From contig CAJBZP010000022.1 in assembly GCA_903960135.1 (NCBI GenBank), positions 771-64,770 of the forward strand: 64,000 nt of DNA. Reading direction: 5' to 3'. This DNA is from an uncultured Actinomycetes bacterium (GTDB taxonomy: Bacteria; Actinomycetota; Actinomycetes; S36-B12). Below are positions 40,006-49,701 of this stretch, piece by piece. The translations under genes were made by a program, and so were the position numbers. Within the stretch, counting starts at the first letter, position 1. Each line of letters begins with the position of its first letter. A model generated the notes under the pieces. The model made no database searches. It had not been told where the DNA came from and saw nothing but the letters and a program-made list of their open reading frames with translations.

Positions 40006-41814
40006 GTGGCTGAGCATGAGCGTCAGGCCGCGCCTTGGCCAGCCTCGCGACGGGCGTTGGTTGCCGTCCTCGGCATCGCGGTCGCCCTGGGTGCTCTTTA
40101 TCTGGGGGCCATCGCCTTGGCCGGCGACGGTTTTCGCTCGGGTACCACCGTGTCCGGGGTGGATATCAGCGGTCTGAGTGAAGCCGAGGCCATCGACAAG
40201 CTAACTGGGACGATAGGTGCGGTGGCCCGTAAGCCCCTCAGGGTTCGAACCGGTGAGCGGCTCTTTGTCATTGACCCGCAGGCGGCGGGCTTGAAATTTG
40301 ATGCCGAGGCGACGGTCGCCCAGGCCACCGGCCGTACCTGGAATCCGATCGCTCTGGTTAGCGATTTCATGACCCAGCGTGAACTAGAGCCGATCACCTC
40401 GATCGACCAAAATGCTTTGGACGAACAACTGGCCGGTGTTGCGACCGGCATCGATCAACCCGCGCTTGAGCCCACTTTGATTATGACGCAGCGCAAACCG
40501 GTACTGACACCTGGCGTTGATGGTGTGGCACTTGACATTGCGGCGACCGGCGATGCACTGAAAGCCGCATTCATGCAGAAGCGACAGCCGATTACCGCGG
40601 AGTTGGTCGATGTGGCGCCGGTGCTGTCTGCCGAGAGTGCGAAGCAAGCCGAGGCGTTCGCGCGCACCGCAATTAAGAATCCGATCAATGTTAACGCCGG
40701 AAACATCACCGCAACCATCCCGGCCGCAGCCATCGCGGACGCATTGACATTCACGAGGGAGGGCGATCAATTTGTGCCGGAGCTCGACGGCGCAGTGTTG
40801 CACGAGTCCATTGCCGGTGAACTCGAGGCAGTTGAAACTCCGGGCCGCGATGCGACCTTTGAAATAGTAGATAAGCGCCCGGTCGTCGTGCCCTCACAGG
40901 TTGGCTCCGGGATCGCCGACGACGAGTTATCGGCGCAGGTCGCATCGGTTCTAGTTAACCAACCAGCAAACCGAACCGTTACCGTTTCGATGGGCACGCG
41001 CGATCCGAGACTCACCACCGAGCAAGCGGAGCAGTTGGGCATCACCCAAAAAATCTCAAGTTTCACGCAGCAGTTTCCTTATGCTGCCTACCGGGTGCAA
41101 AATATTGGCGAGGCGGCTAGACGCATAAATGGAACTTTGTTAATGCCCGGCGAGACATTCTCCATGAACGACACCATCAAAGAAAGAACGATCGCGAATG
41201 GCTACACCGTCGGCTTCGTGATCGGTGAGGGCGGCGTGTTCGCGGAGGAGCTTGGTGGCGGGGTGTCGGCGGCCACAACAACAATGTGGACGGCGGCGTT
41301 CTTCGCGGGCATGGAGCGCACCTTCACCCAAGCACACTCCATCTATATCTCCCGGTACCAACCCGGCCTTGAGGCCACGGTGGCGTGGGGGAGTTTCGAT
41401 ATGGAGTTCACCAACGACACCCCGCATGCGGTTTTTATCACTACCAAAATGACAAATACCTCGATGAATGCGACTTTCTGGGGTACCCCAACCTACGATG
41501 AAATCAAGGCGGAGTTTGGGCCTAAGCACGATATTCGGCCATACCCAACTATCTACGACAAAACCAAGAAATGCCTCGGTCAATCCGGCATGGACGGCTT
41601 CATCATTGACGTTGATCGGGTGTTCTACAAAGACGGAGCCGAAGTGAACCGCGAGACGATAACCACGAGTTATCGCGCCTCACCCAAGGTAATTTGCGGT
41701 AAGAACCCCGGCAAAGATCCCGGTAAACCCAGCAAGCCCGGCAAGCCAGGGGCAAACCCGAGTGTTTCACCTTCGCCGTCGCCATCGGCTGACGAAGTCG
41801 CGCCAGCGCCGTAG
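40006..41814 (+). CDS. VanW domain-containing cell-envelope protein
   Basis: N-terminal TM anchor, repeated PG-binding-like modules, VanW core (ETFSMNDTIKERTIANGY), Pro/Lys/Gly-rich tail. Confidence 0.75.
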   Translation: MAEHERQAAPWPASRRALVAVLGIAVALGALYLGAIALAGDGFRSGTTVSGVDISGLSEAEAIDKLTGTIGAVARKPLRVRTGERLFVIDPQAAGLKFDAEATVAQATGRTWNPIALVSDFMTQRELEPITSIDQNALDEQLAGVATGIDQPALEPTLIMTQRKPVLTPGVDGVALDIAATGDALKAAFMQKRQPITAELVDVAPVLSAESAKQAEAFARTAIKNPINVNAGNITATIPAAAIADALTFTREGDQFVPELDGAVLHESIAGELEAVETPGRDATFEIVDKRPVVVPSQVGSGIADDELSAQVASVLVNQPANRTVTVSMGTRDPRLTTEQAEQLGITQKISSFTQQFPYAAYRVQNIGEAARRINGTLLMPGETFSMNDTIKERTIANGYTVGFVIGEGGVFAEELGGGVSAATTTMWTAAFFAGMERTFTQAHSIYISRYQPGLEATVAWGSFDMEFTNDTPHAVFITTKMTNTSMNATFWGTPTYDEIKAEFGPKHDIRPYPTIYDKTKKCLGQSGMDGFIIDVDRVFYKDGAEVNRETITTSYRASPKVICGKNPGKDPGKPSKPGKPGANPSVSPSPSPSADEVAPAP

Positions 41815-41843
41815 CGCTTGAAAGCACATGTGGATTGGGCTAA

Positions 41844-43253
41844 CTAATTGGTTTGTTGGCCACCTGCGGTATCGACGACCTCAACACCTAGCGCAGCGAG
41901 TTCATCGCGCAGCCGGTCGCTAGCCGCCCAATCCTTATTGGTTCGCGCCACTGCGCGGTCGGCAAGTAGGCCTTGCACCTGCGGTGAGTGGGCCGTGGGT
42001 GGCCGTCCGACATCGCGGGCTAAGTCCAATCCGAAAAGTCGGTCAAGATGGGCGAAGGTCTCGAATTTGGTGCCATCACTTAGAGTTTCGCTTCGCTCGA
42101 CCGCACGTAATTGCTGAAGGGCGAGTGGCGTATCGAGATCCTCGTTAAAGGCTTCGGTAACTAGTTGAACGGCACCTGCGTCAACCGGCGCAGAAGGCGC
42201 CGTTGCCCACTGGGCAACGCGGTTGCGCCACCTTGTCAGAGTGGTTTCAGCGCCTTGGATAACCTCCCAGGTCAGGTTCATTTGCTGCCGGTAGCGATGC
42301 TGCAGGAACGCGAGCCGCAAGCTAAGCGGGTCGAGCCCGCGGGCAATCACGTCCGAAACGAGCACCACATTGCCACTGGACTTACTCATCTTGCGGCCTT
42401 CAAATAAGAGGTGTTCAGCGTGCACCCAGTGGCGGACGACTTCATGCCCGGTTAGTGAATTGCTTTGGGCCCGCTCGTCTTCATGGTGCGGAAACCTTAG
42501 ATCAATGCCGCCGGTGTGGATGTCAATTTCGGGCCCGAGGATGTCCAGGCTCATGGCGCTGCACTCCGTGTGCCAACCGGGGAAGCCGGTGCCCCAAGGC
42601 GTCTGCCAAACCAATTGGGTGCGAGTTGGGCCCGACTTCTTCCACAGCGCCCAGTCGGCATGGAAGCGTTTTGCTGGATCAACCTCGCCAGCGAACCGGT
42701 GCCCGGGTCGCAGTTGATCAAGGTGGTTGCCGCTGAGTTCGCCGTACCCTTCGAAGGCGCGGGCGTCGAAGTACACCGAACCGTCGGTGCCGATGTAGGC
42801 GTGGCCGCTGGCGATTAGTTTGCCGATTAATTCGATCATCAAGTCAATTGACTCACTGGCCCGCGGGTATTCGTCGGCCGGATAGATATTGAGCGAAGCT
42901 AAATCGCGATGGAAGCTAGCCTCGTAATGCCGGGCTAACTCGAGGGCGCCTTTGCCTTCGGTTGCCGCCTGTTGCAGCACCCGATCCTCGGTTTCGCCCT
43001 GACCCTCATCAACACCGCCAAGGCCGGTGTCGTCGGCCATGTGGCCGACGTCGGTGATGTTCTGAACCAATCGAACCTGGATTTTTCCGAATTCGGCGGT
43101 GCGGCGAATCAGGTCGGTGAGCAAAAAAGTGCGCATATTGCCCACATGGGCATCGCGGTAGACGGTGGGACCACAGGCATAGACCCGCAGGAGTCCGGGC
43201 TGGGCCGAGATGATCGGAACCACCGAGCGGTGCATGGTGTCGTACAGGCGCAC
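41844..43253 (-). CDS. cysS: cysteine--tRNA ligase (CysS family, MshC not fully excluded)
   Basis: HVGN (HIGH), KMSKS, GWHTECSAM and a CysS-type C-terminal tail (KDWAASDRLRDELAALGVEVVD). GTG 43253 follows GGCGGAGGATAC and gives VRLYDTM, the usual CysS N-terminus. Confidence 0.75.
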   Translation of the reverse strand: MRLYDTMHRSVVPIISAQPGLLRVYACGPTVYRDAHVGNMRTFLLTDLIRRTAEFGKIQVRLVQNITDVGHMADDTGLGGVDEGQGETEDRVLQQAATEGKGALELARHYEASFHRDLASLNIYPADEYPRASESIDLMIELIGKLIASGHAYIGTDGSVYFDARAFEGYGELSGNHLDQLRPGHRFAGEVDPAKRFHADWALWKKSGPTRTQLVWQTPWGTGFPGWHTECSAMSLDILGPEIDIHTGGIDLRFPHHEDERAQSNSLTGHEVVRHWVHAEHLLFEGRKMSKSSGNVVLVSDVIARGLDPLSLRLAFLQHRYRQQMNLTWEVIQGAETTLTRWRNRVAQWATAPSAPVDAGAVQLVTEAFNEDLDTPLALQQLRAVERSETLSDGTKFETFAHLDRLFGLDLARDVGRPPTAHSPQVQGLLADRAVARTNKDWAASDRLRDELAALGVEVVDTAGGQQTN

Positions 43254-43378
43254 GTATCCTCCGCCACTTAGCCTATGGTGACCCGAGGGGAGGCGCACCG
43301 CATCGGTCCTTGGGTTGTGTAAGTTAGGGGCGTCCAGCACGAACCGCAGGCCGTTTTATTCATCTCTCGGAGGCTCGG

Positions 43379-43705
43379 GTGACATACACCATCGCATTTC
43401 CATGCGTGGATCTCAAAGACAAGGCGTGTATCGAGGAGTGCCCGGTCGACTGCATCTATGAAGGCGGCCGGATGCTCTATATCCAGCCCGATGAGTGCGT
43501 TGACTGTGGTGCCTGCGAACCGGTCTGCCCCGTCGAGGCCATTTTCTATGAAGATGATGTTCCCGAGGAGTGGAAGGAGTACACCGCCGCGAATGCGGAG
43601 TTCTTCGTCGAGCTTGGCTCACCCGGTGGCGCTGCCAAACTGGGCGCCCAAGATTTTGATGCGCCCCTGATCCTCACCGTGCCGCCACAGGTGCACGAGC
43701 ACTGA
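43379..43705 (+). CDS. fdxA: 7Fe ferredoxin
   Basis: 108 aa with CIEECPVDCIY and CVDCGACEPVCPVEAI cluster motifs. Confidence 0.9.
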   Translation: MTYTIAFPCVDLKDKACIEECPVDCIYEGGRMLYIQPDECVDCGACEPVCPVEAIFYEDDVPEEWKEYTAANAEFFVELGSPGGAAKLGAQDFDAPLILTVPPQVHEH

Positions 43706-43734
43706 CCAGACCACTGACCAGACCACTGACCAGT
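43699..43734. repeat. 12-bp tandem repeat x3 (CCACTGACCAGA) containing the fdxA stop codon
   Basis: The three units are GCACTGACCAGA, CCACTGACCAGA and CCACTGACCAGT. This gives three in-frame TGA codons for fdxA and three CTG codons in the dapC frame. Confidence 0.9.
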
Positions 43735-44817
43735 TCACCGGCCGACCGGCTGCCGGATTTCCCGTGGGATGTCCTGGCCCCGTATGCGGCCCGCGCCGCG
43801 CAGCACCCGCACGGGGCCGTTGATTTATCTGTTGGCACCCCGGTCGACCACACACCCGCGGTGGTGCAAGCGGCCCTGGCCGCGGGCGCAGATGCGCCGG
43901 GCTACCCGACCACCGCCGGGTCACCTGCGGTGCGGGAAGCCGCGGCCGGGTGGATCAACCGGCGGTTAGGCGCAAAAGTGGCACCTGCAGCGGTGCTGCC
44001 GGTGATCGGTTCCAAGGAGTTCGTGGGTTGGTTACCCACCTTGCTGGGCCTAGACCAGGAAGCAACGGTGGTGATCCCAAAAATCGCCTATCCGACGTAT
44101 GCGGTGGGCGCGGCCCTCGTGGGGGCAAAGATCATCGCGACCGATCGCCCCGAGGAGGTCAAGGCACCGTCCCTCATCTGGATCAACTCACCGAGCAATC
44201 CGACGGGCGCGGTGCTGTCGGCGACCCGGCTTGCCGAAATCGTGGCCTATGGGCGTTCGGTATCGGCGTTGGTGGTCAGCGATGAGTGCTATTTGGAATT
44301 GGGCTGGGAGGTCGACCCGGTCTCAATATTGCATCCCCTGGTATCTGGGCCAGAGCACGTCGGGGTCCTGGGCTTGTTCTCCTTGTCTAAGCGCTCGAAT
44401 TTGGCCGGGTACCGGTTTGGTTTTGCGGCCGGTGACCAAGCGGTGATCTCGCAGCTATTAGCAGTGCGCAAGCACCTGGGAATGATGGTGCCGGCACCAG
44501 TGCAGTTGGCCGCGGTGGCCGCTCTAGGCGACGACGCGCATGTATTAGAGCAGCGGGGCCGCTATGCCCGAAGGCGCGAAATTATGCGTGCTGCGTTGAC
44601 TCAGGCCGGATTCGTTATCGACCATAGTGAGGCGGGACTTTATCTTTGGGCAACCCGGGGCGAGCCCTGTTGGCAAAGTGTCGGTTGGTTTGCTGACCGC
44701 GGTATTTTGGTGACCCCCGGTGACTTCTATGGAGTTGCCGGGGCGCAGCACGTGCGAGTGGCACTAACCGCACCCGATGCCGGTGTTGCCCAATTCGCTA
44801 AGCGCATTGGCGACTAG
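43702..44817 (+). CDS. dapC: succinyldiaminopimelate aminotransferase (DapC type)
   Basis: The conserved N-terminal block RLPDFPWDVLA...VDLSVGTPVD is in frame upstream of the track start (GTG 43861), but no ATG/GTG/TTG exists after the in-frame TGA at 43657. The start is therefore unresolved (CTG 43702, 43714 or 43726, or GTG 43861). Confidence 0.75.
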   Translation: MTRPLTRPLTSSPADRLPDFPWDVLAPYAARAAQHPHGAVDLSVGTPVDHTPAVVQAALAAGADAPGYPTTAGSPAVREAAAGWINRRLGAKVAPAAVLPVIGSKEFVGWLPTLLGLDQEATVVIPKIAYPTYAVGAALVGAKIIATDRPEEVKAPSLIWINSPSNPTGAVLSATRLAEIVAYGRSVSALVVSDECYLELGWEVDPVSILHPLVSGPEHVGVLGLFSLSKRSNLAGYRFGFAAGDQAVISQLLAVRKHLGMMVPAPVQLAAVAALGDDAHVLEQRGRYARRREIMRAALTQAGFVIDHSEAGLYLWATRGEPCWQSVGWFADRGILVTPGDFYGVAGAQHVRVALTAPDAGVAQFAKRIGD

Positions 44818-44842
44818 GTAGTCTTCGGCGCAGGAGGACAAA

Positions 44843-46126
44843 GTGGCTGACGCCGTACTGCAATTTTCAGGTGGGGAACTACCGCTAGCCGAGGTGCCAG
44901 CAACTGTTGGGGCGAGCGGGCTTAACATCGGATCACTGCTCGGCACCACCGGCAACGTCACTCTTGACCATGGGTTCGTTAACACCGCTTCCTGCTCATC
45001 GTCGATCACCTATATCGACGGTGACGCCGGTATCTTGCGCTACCGCGGCTACCCGATCGAGCAATTGGCCGAGCAATCTAGCTTCCTGGAGACTTCGTAC
45101 CTGCTTATCTACGGCTACCTACCATCACAACTTGAACTAGATGACTTCAAGGCGCTGATCCGCAAGCACACCATGCTGCACGAGGAGTTGCGCCAGTTCT
45201 TTGACGGCTTCCCGCGTGATGCGCACCCGATGCCGGTGCTGTCGTCGGCGATCTCGGCCCTTTCGACTTTCTACCAGGACTCCCTTGACCCATTTGACCC
45301 GCGACAGGTTGAAATTTCAACCATTAGGCTGTTGGCGAAGATGCCGACGATCGCGGCCTACGCCTACAAGAAGTCCATTGGCCAGCCGTTCCTCTACCCC
45401 GACAACTCACTTGGTTTCATCGATAATTTCTTGCGTATGACTTTTGGGGTGCCAGCGGAGGAGTACGAAGTAAACCCGATCGTTTCCCGTGCCCTCAATC
45501 AGTTATTCCTTTTACATGCAGATCATGAGCAGAACTGCTCCACCTCCACGGTGCGTTTGGTTGGCTCATCACATGCAAACATGTTCGCGTCGGTATCGGC
45601 CGGCATCAATGCGCTCTTCGGGCCGCTGCATGGCGGCGCCAACCAGGCGGTACTTGAGATGCTCGAGAAGATCCACGCCTCGGGCGGTGGCGTGAACACC
45701 TTCATCCGCCAGGTCAAAGATCGCAAGGATGGTGTCAAGCTCATGGGGTTTGGCCACCGCGTCTACAAGAGCTACGACCCGCGCGCGGCCATTGTCAAGA
45801 AGACGGCCTACCAGGTTTTCGAAGAGATGAATGTCAGCGATCCGCTGCTTGACATTGCGTTACGGCTCGAAGAAGTGGCATTGGCCGATGACTTCTTCAT
45901 TTCGCACAAGCTCTACCCCAATGTGGATTTCTACACCGGCTTGATTTACAAGGCGATGGGCTTCCCGCCGCGGATGTTCACCGTGCTGTTCGCCCTGGGC
46001 CGCTTGCCCGGGTGGATTGCGCAGTGGCGCGAGATGATCGAGGATCCTGCCACGAAGATAGGCCGCCCGCGCCAGGTCTACACCGGTGAAGTCCTGCGCG
46101 ACTACGCGCCGATGGGCACCCGCTAA
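44843..46126 (+). CDS. gltA: type II citrate synthase
   Basis: 427 aa with HADHEQNCSTSTVR, GPLHGGAN and GFGHRVYK motifs. GTG after AGGAGGACAAA. Confidence 0.95.
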   Translation: MADAVLQFSGGELPLAEVPATVGASGLNIGSLLGTTGNVTLDHGFVNTASCSSSITYIDGDAGILRYRGYPIEQLAEQSSFLETSYLLIYGYLPSQLELDDFKALIRKHTMLHEELRQFFDGFPRDAHPMPVLSSAISALSTFYQDSLDPFDPRQVEISTIRLLAKMPTIAAYAYKKSIGQPFLYPDNSLGFIDNFLRMTFGVPAEEYEVNPIVSRALNQLFLLHADHEQNCSTSTVRLVGSSHANMFASVSAGINALFGPLHGGANQAVLEMLEKIHASGGGVNTFIRQVKDRKDGVKLMGFGHRVYKSYDPRAAIVKKTAYQVFEEMNVSDPLLDIALRLEEVALADDFFISHKLYPNVDFYTGLIYKAMGFPPRMFTVLFALGRLPGWIAQWREMIEDPATKIGRPRQVYTGEVLRDYAPMGTR

Positions 46127-46172
46127 CCCACTTCACGTACCAAGGTTTTAGATCGTCGCAGCCGCCAAAACT

Positions 46173-47120
46173 TCAGTCGGTTGCGTGCAGGGTGGCATTG
46201 AGCCCGCCCCAGGTGCCGGTGCGCATTACTACTTCGATCGCACCGCTTTGCGAGTTCCGTCTAAACAGCAGGTTATCGGCCCCCGAGATGGCACCGGCTT
46301 TCGCGACGGCACCGTCTGGCAACATGACTTTGGAACCTGCCGTTACATAAAGTCCCGCCTCGACCACGCAATTGGCCCCGAGGGAAAGCCCAACGCCGGC
46401 GTTGGCGCCGATGAGGCAGCCTTTTCCGATACTGACGACTTCCTTGCCGCCACCGGACAAAGTGCCCATGATGGAGGCGCCCCCGCCGATGTCAGAGCCG
46501 TCATCGACGACCACGCCGGCCGAGATCCGCCCTTCGACCATTGAGGTCCCCAAGGTGCCAGCATTGAAGTTAACGAATCCTTCGTGCATCACCACGGTGC
46601 CCGAAGCTAGGTGGGCACCGAGGCGGACGCGGTCAGCGTCGGCGATGCGCACCCCGCTTGGCACCACGTAGTCGACCATGCGTGGGAAGCGGTCGACGCC
46701 GTAGACCGTCAGGTGATGGCCTTTTGAGCGGGCTCGTAGGCGCACCTCGGTGAGTCGATCAAGGGGCACCGGCCCGGAGTTTGTCCAGGCGACAATCGGC
46801 AGCAACCCGAAGATCCCATCAAGGTTGATGGTGCGCGGCTGCACGAGGCGGTGCGAGAGCAGGTGCAGTCGAAGGTAGGCGTCAGCAGTGTCGATTGGGG
46901 GTGCGGACAGGTCGGCAATGGTCGTTGCAATGCTGCGTACCTGGGCGCCGATGGTCTCGGTTGAATTGATTCCGCTGCTGATGTCTGGCACATCCTTGGG
47001 GATGGCGCCGAGGGTGGGGGACGGATACCAAGCGTCAAGCATGACCTCACCGGCGATGGTGGCCAGGCCAATAGCTGATGCCGGCCCGAAGACCGGGGGT
47101 AGGTCAAGAGGGGCACTCAT
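46173..47120 (-). CDS. dapD: 2,3,4,5-tetrahydropyridine-2,6-dicarboxylate N-succinyltransferase
   Basis: Left-handed beta-helix hexapeptide repeats in actinobacterial DapD layout. ATG 47120 is preferred over the TTG at 47144. Confidence 0.9.
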   Translation of the reverse strand: MSAPLDLPPVFGPASAIGLATIAGEVMLDAWYPSPTLGAIPKDVPDISSGINSTETIGAQVRSIATTIADLSAPPIDTADAYLRLHLLSHRLVQPRTINLDGIFGLLPIVAWTNSGPVPLDRLTEVRLRARSKGHHLTVYGVDRFPRMVDYVVPSGVRIADADRVRLGAHLASGTVVMHEGFVNFNAGTLGTSMVEGRISAGVVVDDGSDIGGGASIMGTLSGGGKEVVSIGKGCLIGANAGVGLSLGANCVVEAGLYVTAGSKVMLPDGAVAKAGAISGADNLLFRRNSQSGAIEVVMRTGTWGGLNATLHATD

Positions 47121-47137
47121 CGCACTACCGTATCCAT

Positions 47138-48208
47138 GTGGCAACCGCGGATATCACCTTGGACCTGTCGACGGACGTTGTCGCGCTGGCAGCAGCCCTG
47201 ATTGATATCCCGAGCCAGTCACACCATGAGGAGCAACTAGCAGATTTGGTACACGCCGCCTTGGCTGGCCGCGCGCATTTAACAGTGCAGCGGGTCGGCA
47301 ACACCATCGTGGCGCAGACCCACCTGGGCCACTCTGAGCGGGTGCTCATCGGTGGCCATCTCGACACCGTGCCGTCGGCCGGCAACCTCCCGCATCATTT
47401 TGCGAAAGACCTGCTCTACGGTCTTGGGTCCTGCGACATGAAAGGCGGGGTTGCGGTTGCGCTCCGGTTGGCGGCAACGCTAACTGCACCCAGTCGCGAT
47501 GTCACCTACGTGTTTTATGAGTGCGAGGAAGTTGCGGGCGAATTCAATGGCCTGCAGAAATTGGCCGATGAGCACCCGCACCTTCTCGAAGCCGATCTCG
47601 CAATCTTGATGGAGCCATCCAATGCCGGAATCGAGGCTGGCTGCCAGGGCACGTTACGTGCCGAGGTAACTGTCAGCGGGATCCGAGCGCACAGCGCGCG
47701 TTCATGGCTCGGTGATAACGCAATTCACTCAGCGGCAGATGTGCTTCAAGTGCTCCGCGCCTATGAGCCTCGTAGCCCGATCGTCGATGGCCTGGAGTAT
47801 CGCGAGGGGCTCAATGCGGTTGCCATAAACGCTGGTATCGCCGGCAATGTGATACCGGATAATTGCGTTGTGACGGTGAACTATCGCTTTGCGCCGGATC
47901 GGTCACTTGATCAGGCTAAGGCGCATGTGCGCGAGGTATTCGCTGGTTACGAGGTTGTCATCGTTGACGAGGCGGCCGGTGCTCGGCCCGGGCTAGACCG
48001 ACCGGCTGCCGCTGACTTCGTGGCGGTGGTGGGCGAAGACCCGCAACCGAAGTTCGGGTGGACCGACGTGGCTCGGTTCACCGCACTGGGCACCCCGGCC
48101 CTGAACTTCGGACCGGGGAACCCAGCACTAGCGCATAGCGCGGATGAGCATGTCCCTGTCGAGCAATTGCGAGCCTGCGAGGAGCGACTGCGCGCCTGGC
48201 TCACCTAG
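47138..48208 (+). CDS. dapE: succinyl-diaminopimelate desuccinylase
   Basis: M20 peptidase motifs ([18 protein letters not shown]). Start is GTG 47138 or TTG 47159 ([19 protein letters not shown]). Confidence 0.9.
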   Translation: MATADITLDLSTDVVALAAALIDIPSQSHHEEQLADLVHAALAGRAHLTVQRVGNTIVAQTHLGHSERVLIGGHLDTVPSAGNLPHHFAKDLLYGLGSCDMKGGVAVALRLAATLTAPSRDVTYVFYECEEVAGEFNGLQKLADEHPHLLEADLAILMEPSNAGIEAGCQGTLRAEVTVSGIRAHSARSWLGDNAIHSAADVLQVLRAYEPRSPIVDGLEYREGLNAVAINAGIAGNVIPDNCVVTVNYRFAPDRSLDQAKAHVREVFAGYEVVIVDEAAGARPGLDRPAAADFVAVVGEDPQPKFGWTDVARFTALGTPALNFGPGNPALAHSADEHVPVEQLRACEERLRAWLT

Positions 48209-48235
48209 CTCACCTAGCTCACCTAGCTCACCTAG
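48200..48235. repeat. 9-bp tandem repeat x4 (CTCACCTAG) containing the dapE stop codon
   Basis: Four perfect units giving four consecutive in-frame TAG codons (LT* LT* LT* LT*). Confidence 0.95.
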
Positions 48236-48244
48236 CAAGCGGGG

Positions 48245-48787
48245 TTACTGCTTATTGGCTTCGACATCAAGGGTCAAGGTGATGTCATCGCCGACCATCA
48301 CACCGCCTGTTTCGAGGGCTGCATTCCAGACTAAGCCGAATTCCTTGCGGCTGATCTTCGCGGATCCTTCGAAGCCGATCTTGTTGTTGCCATAAGGGTC
48401 GGTGCTGAGGCCGATGAATTCATATTTGACCTCAACCGACTTGGTAACCCCGTGAATGGTCAGATCGCCGGTTACCAGGATGTCGTCTCCCTTGGCGGAT
48501 ACACCGGTTGACACAAAGGTAAGAGTCGGGAAATTCTCGACATCGAGAAAATCCGGTGACGCCAGATGCGCATCGCGGTCGGCCGAGTTGGTGTTGATGC
48601 TGGCTGCCGAGATGGTGAGTTCGGCCGTTGATTCTGACAAATTCTCGCCGTCGATGGTGAATGAACCGGAGTAGGTACCGAAACTTCCACGGACTCGGGC
48701 AACCATTGCATGTCGAACGGAGAACCCAATGGTGGTGTGGGAAGGGTCGATTACCCAGGTACCGGTGGCAGCAGACAGGGTGCTCAT
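48245..48787 (-). CDS. YceI family periplasmic/lipid-binding protein
   Basis: 180 aa with WVIDPSHTTIGFSVRH, a typical YceI N-terminus. AAGGAG SD. Confidence 0.85.
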   Translation of the reverse strand: MSTLSAATGTWVIDPSHTTIGFSVRHAMVARVRGSFGTYSGSFTIDGENLSESTAELTISAASINTNSADRDAHLASPDFLDVENFPTLTFVSTGVSAKGDDILVTGDLTIHGVTKSVEVKYEFIGLSTDPYGNNKIGFEGSAKISRKEFGLVWNAALETGGVMVGDDITLTLDVEANKQ

Positions 48788-48889
48788 GGAACTCCTTAAT
48801 TAATGGATAGGTAGTTGAACCTACAACTAATATATTTGAACATTCAACTAAAGTCAAGGTACTAAAACCTGGCGACTAGAATTAGCTCC

Positions 48890-49477
48890 GTGCCGACGAT
48901 CTGTGTCTACTGCGCCTCAAGCTCGAATATCCCCGACCGGTACTTGGATTTGGCAACCGCGGTGGGCGCAGGGATCGCGGCGCGCGGTTGGCAGTTGGTC
49001 TCCGGGGGTGGCTCGGTATCGATGATGGGGGCGGTGGCGCGCGCGGTCCGGGCCGCGGGTGGGCACACCACCGGGGTGATTCCGCGGGCTTTGGTTCAGA
49101 TGGAAGTCGCCGACCATGACGCTGATGAATTGATAATCACCGACGACATGCGCGCGCGCAAAGGGCTGATGGATGACCGGGCCGACGCTTTCTTAGCCCT
49201 GCCGGGGGGGATCGGCACCCTGGAGGAGTTGATGGAGGTATGGACCGCCCGCTGCCTGGGAATGCATGACAAGCCGGTGGTGGGTCTTGATCCGTGGGGC
49301 GATTTCGCGTTGTTGCGCGAGCAAGTGCGGCACTGGGAGCAGCAGGGCTTCGTCGGCGCGGCGGCTGTTGCGGAGTTGAGGTGGACCACGGAGGTGGAAC
49401 AGGCACTTGATCTCATTGCGGCCGAATTGGCCACCGCAGTGCACCAACCCGGTTCCCGTGGTGGGATGGAGTCATGA
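48890..49477 (+). CDS. LOG family (TIGR00730) nucleotide phosphoribohydrolase
   Basis: VYCASS, GGGSVSMMG and PGGIGTLEEL motifs. Confidence 0.85.
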   Translation: MPTICVYCASSSNIPDRYLDLATAVGAGIAARGWQLVSGGGSVSMMGAVARAVRAAGGHTTGVIPRALVQMEVADHDADELIITDDMRARKGLMDDRADAFLALPGGIGTLEELMEVWTARCLGMHDKPVVGLDPWGDFALLREQVRHWEQQGFVGAAAVAELRWTTEVEQALDLIAAELATAVHQPGSRGGMES

Positions 49478-49701
49478 CATTTGTCTTTGTGTTGCTGGCG
49501 GTGGGCGTCATTGCGTTGATCGGTTTATTGGCAAGTGGTCGACTCGGTGAACTACCAGAACCGATCCGTGATGCACGTCCAAATAAGAAACTTGGTAAAC
49601 CGGAGTTTGATGTAGTGGTTCGCGGTTACCGAATGGACGAAGTCGACCAGGTCATTGACGAGCTGCAAGCCCAGATCACCAAGTTATCCAGCAAAAGCTG
49701 A
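49474..49701 (+). CDS. membrane-anchored DivIVA-domain protein
   Basis: 75 aa with an N-terminal TM helix, then FDVVVRGYRMDEVDQVIDEL. Confidence 0.6.
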   Translation: MTFVFVLLAVGVIALIGLLASGRLGELPEPIRDARPNKKLGKPEFDVVVRGYRMDEVDQVIDELQAQITKLSSKS

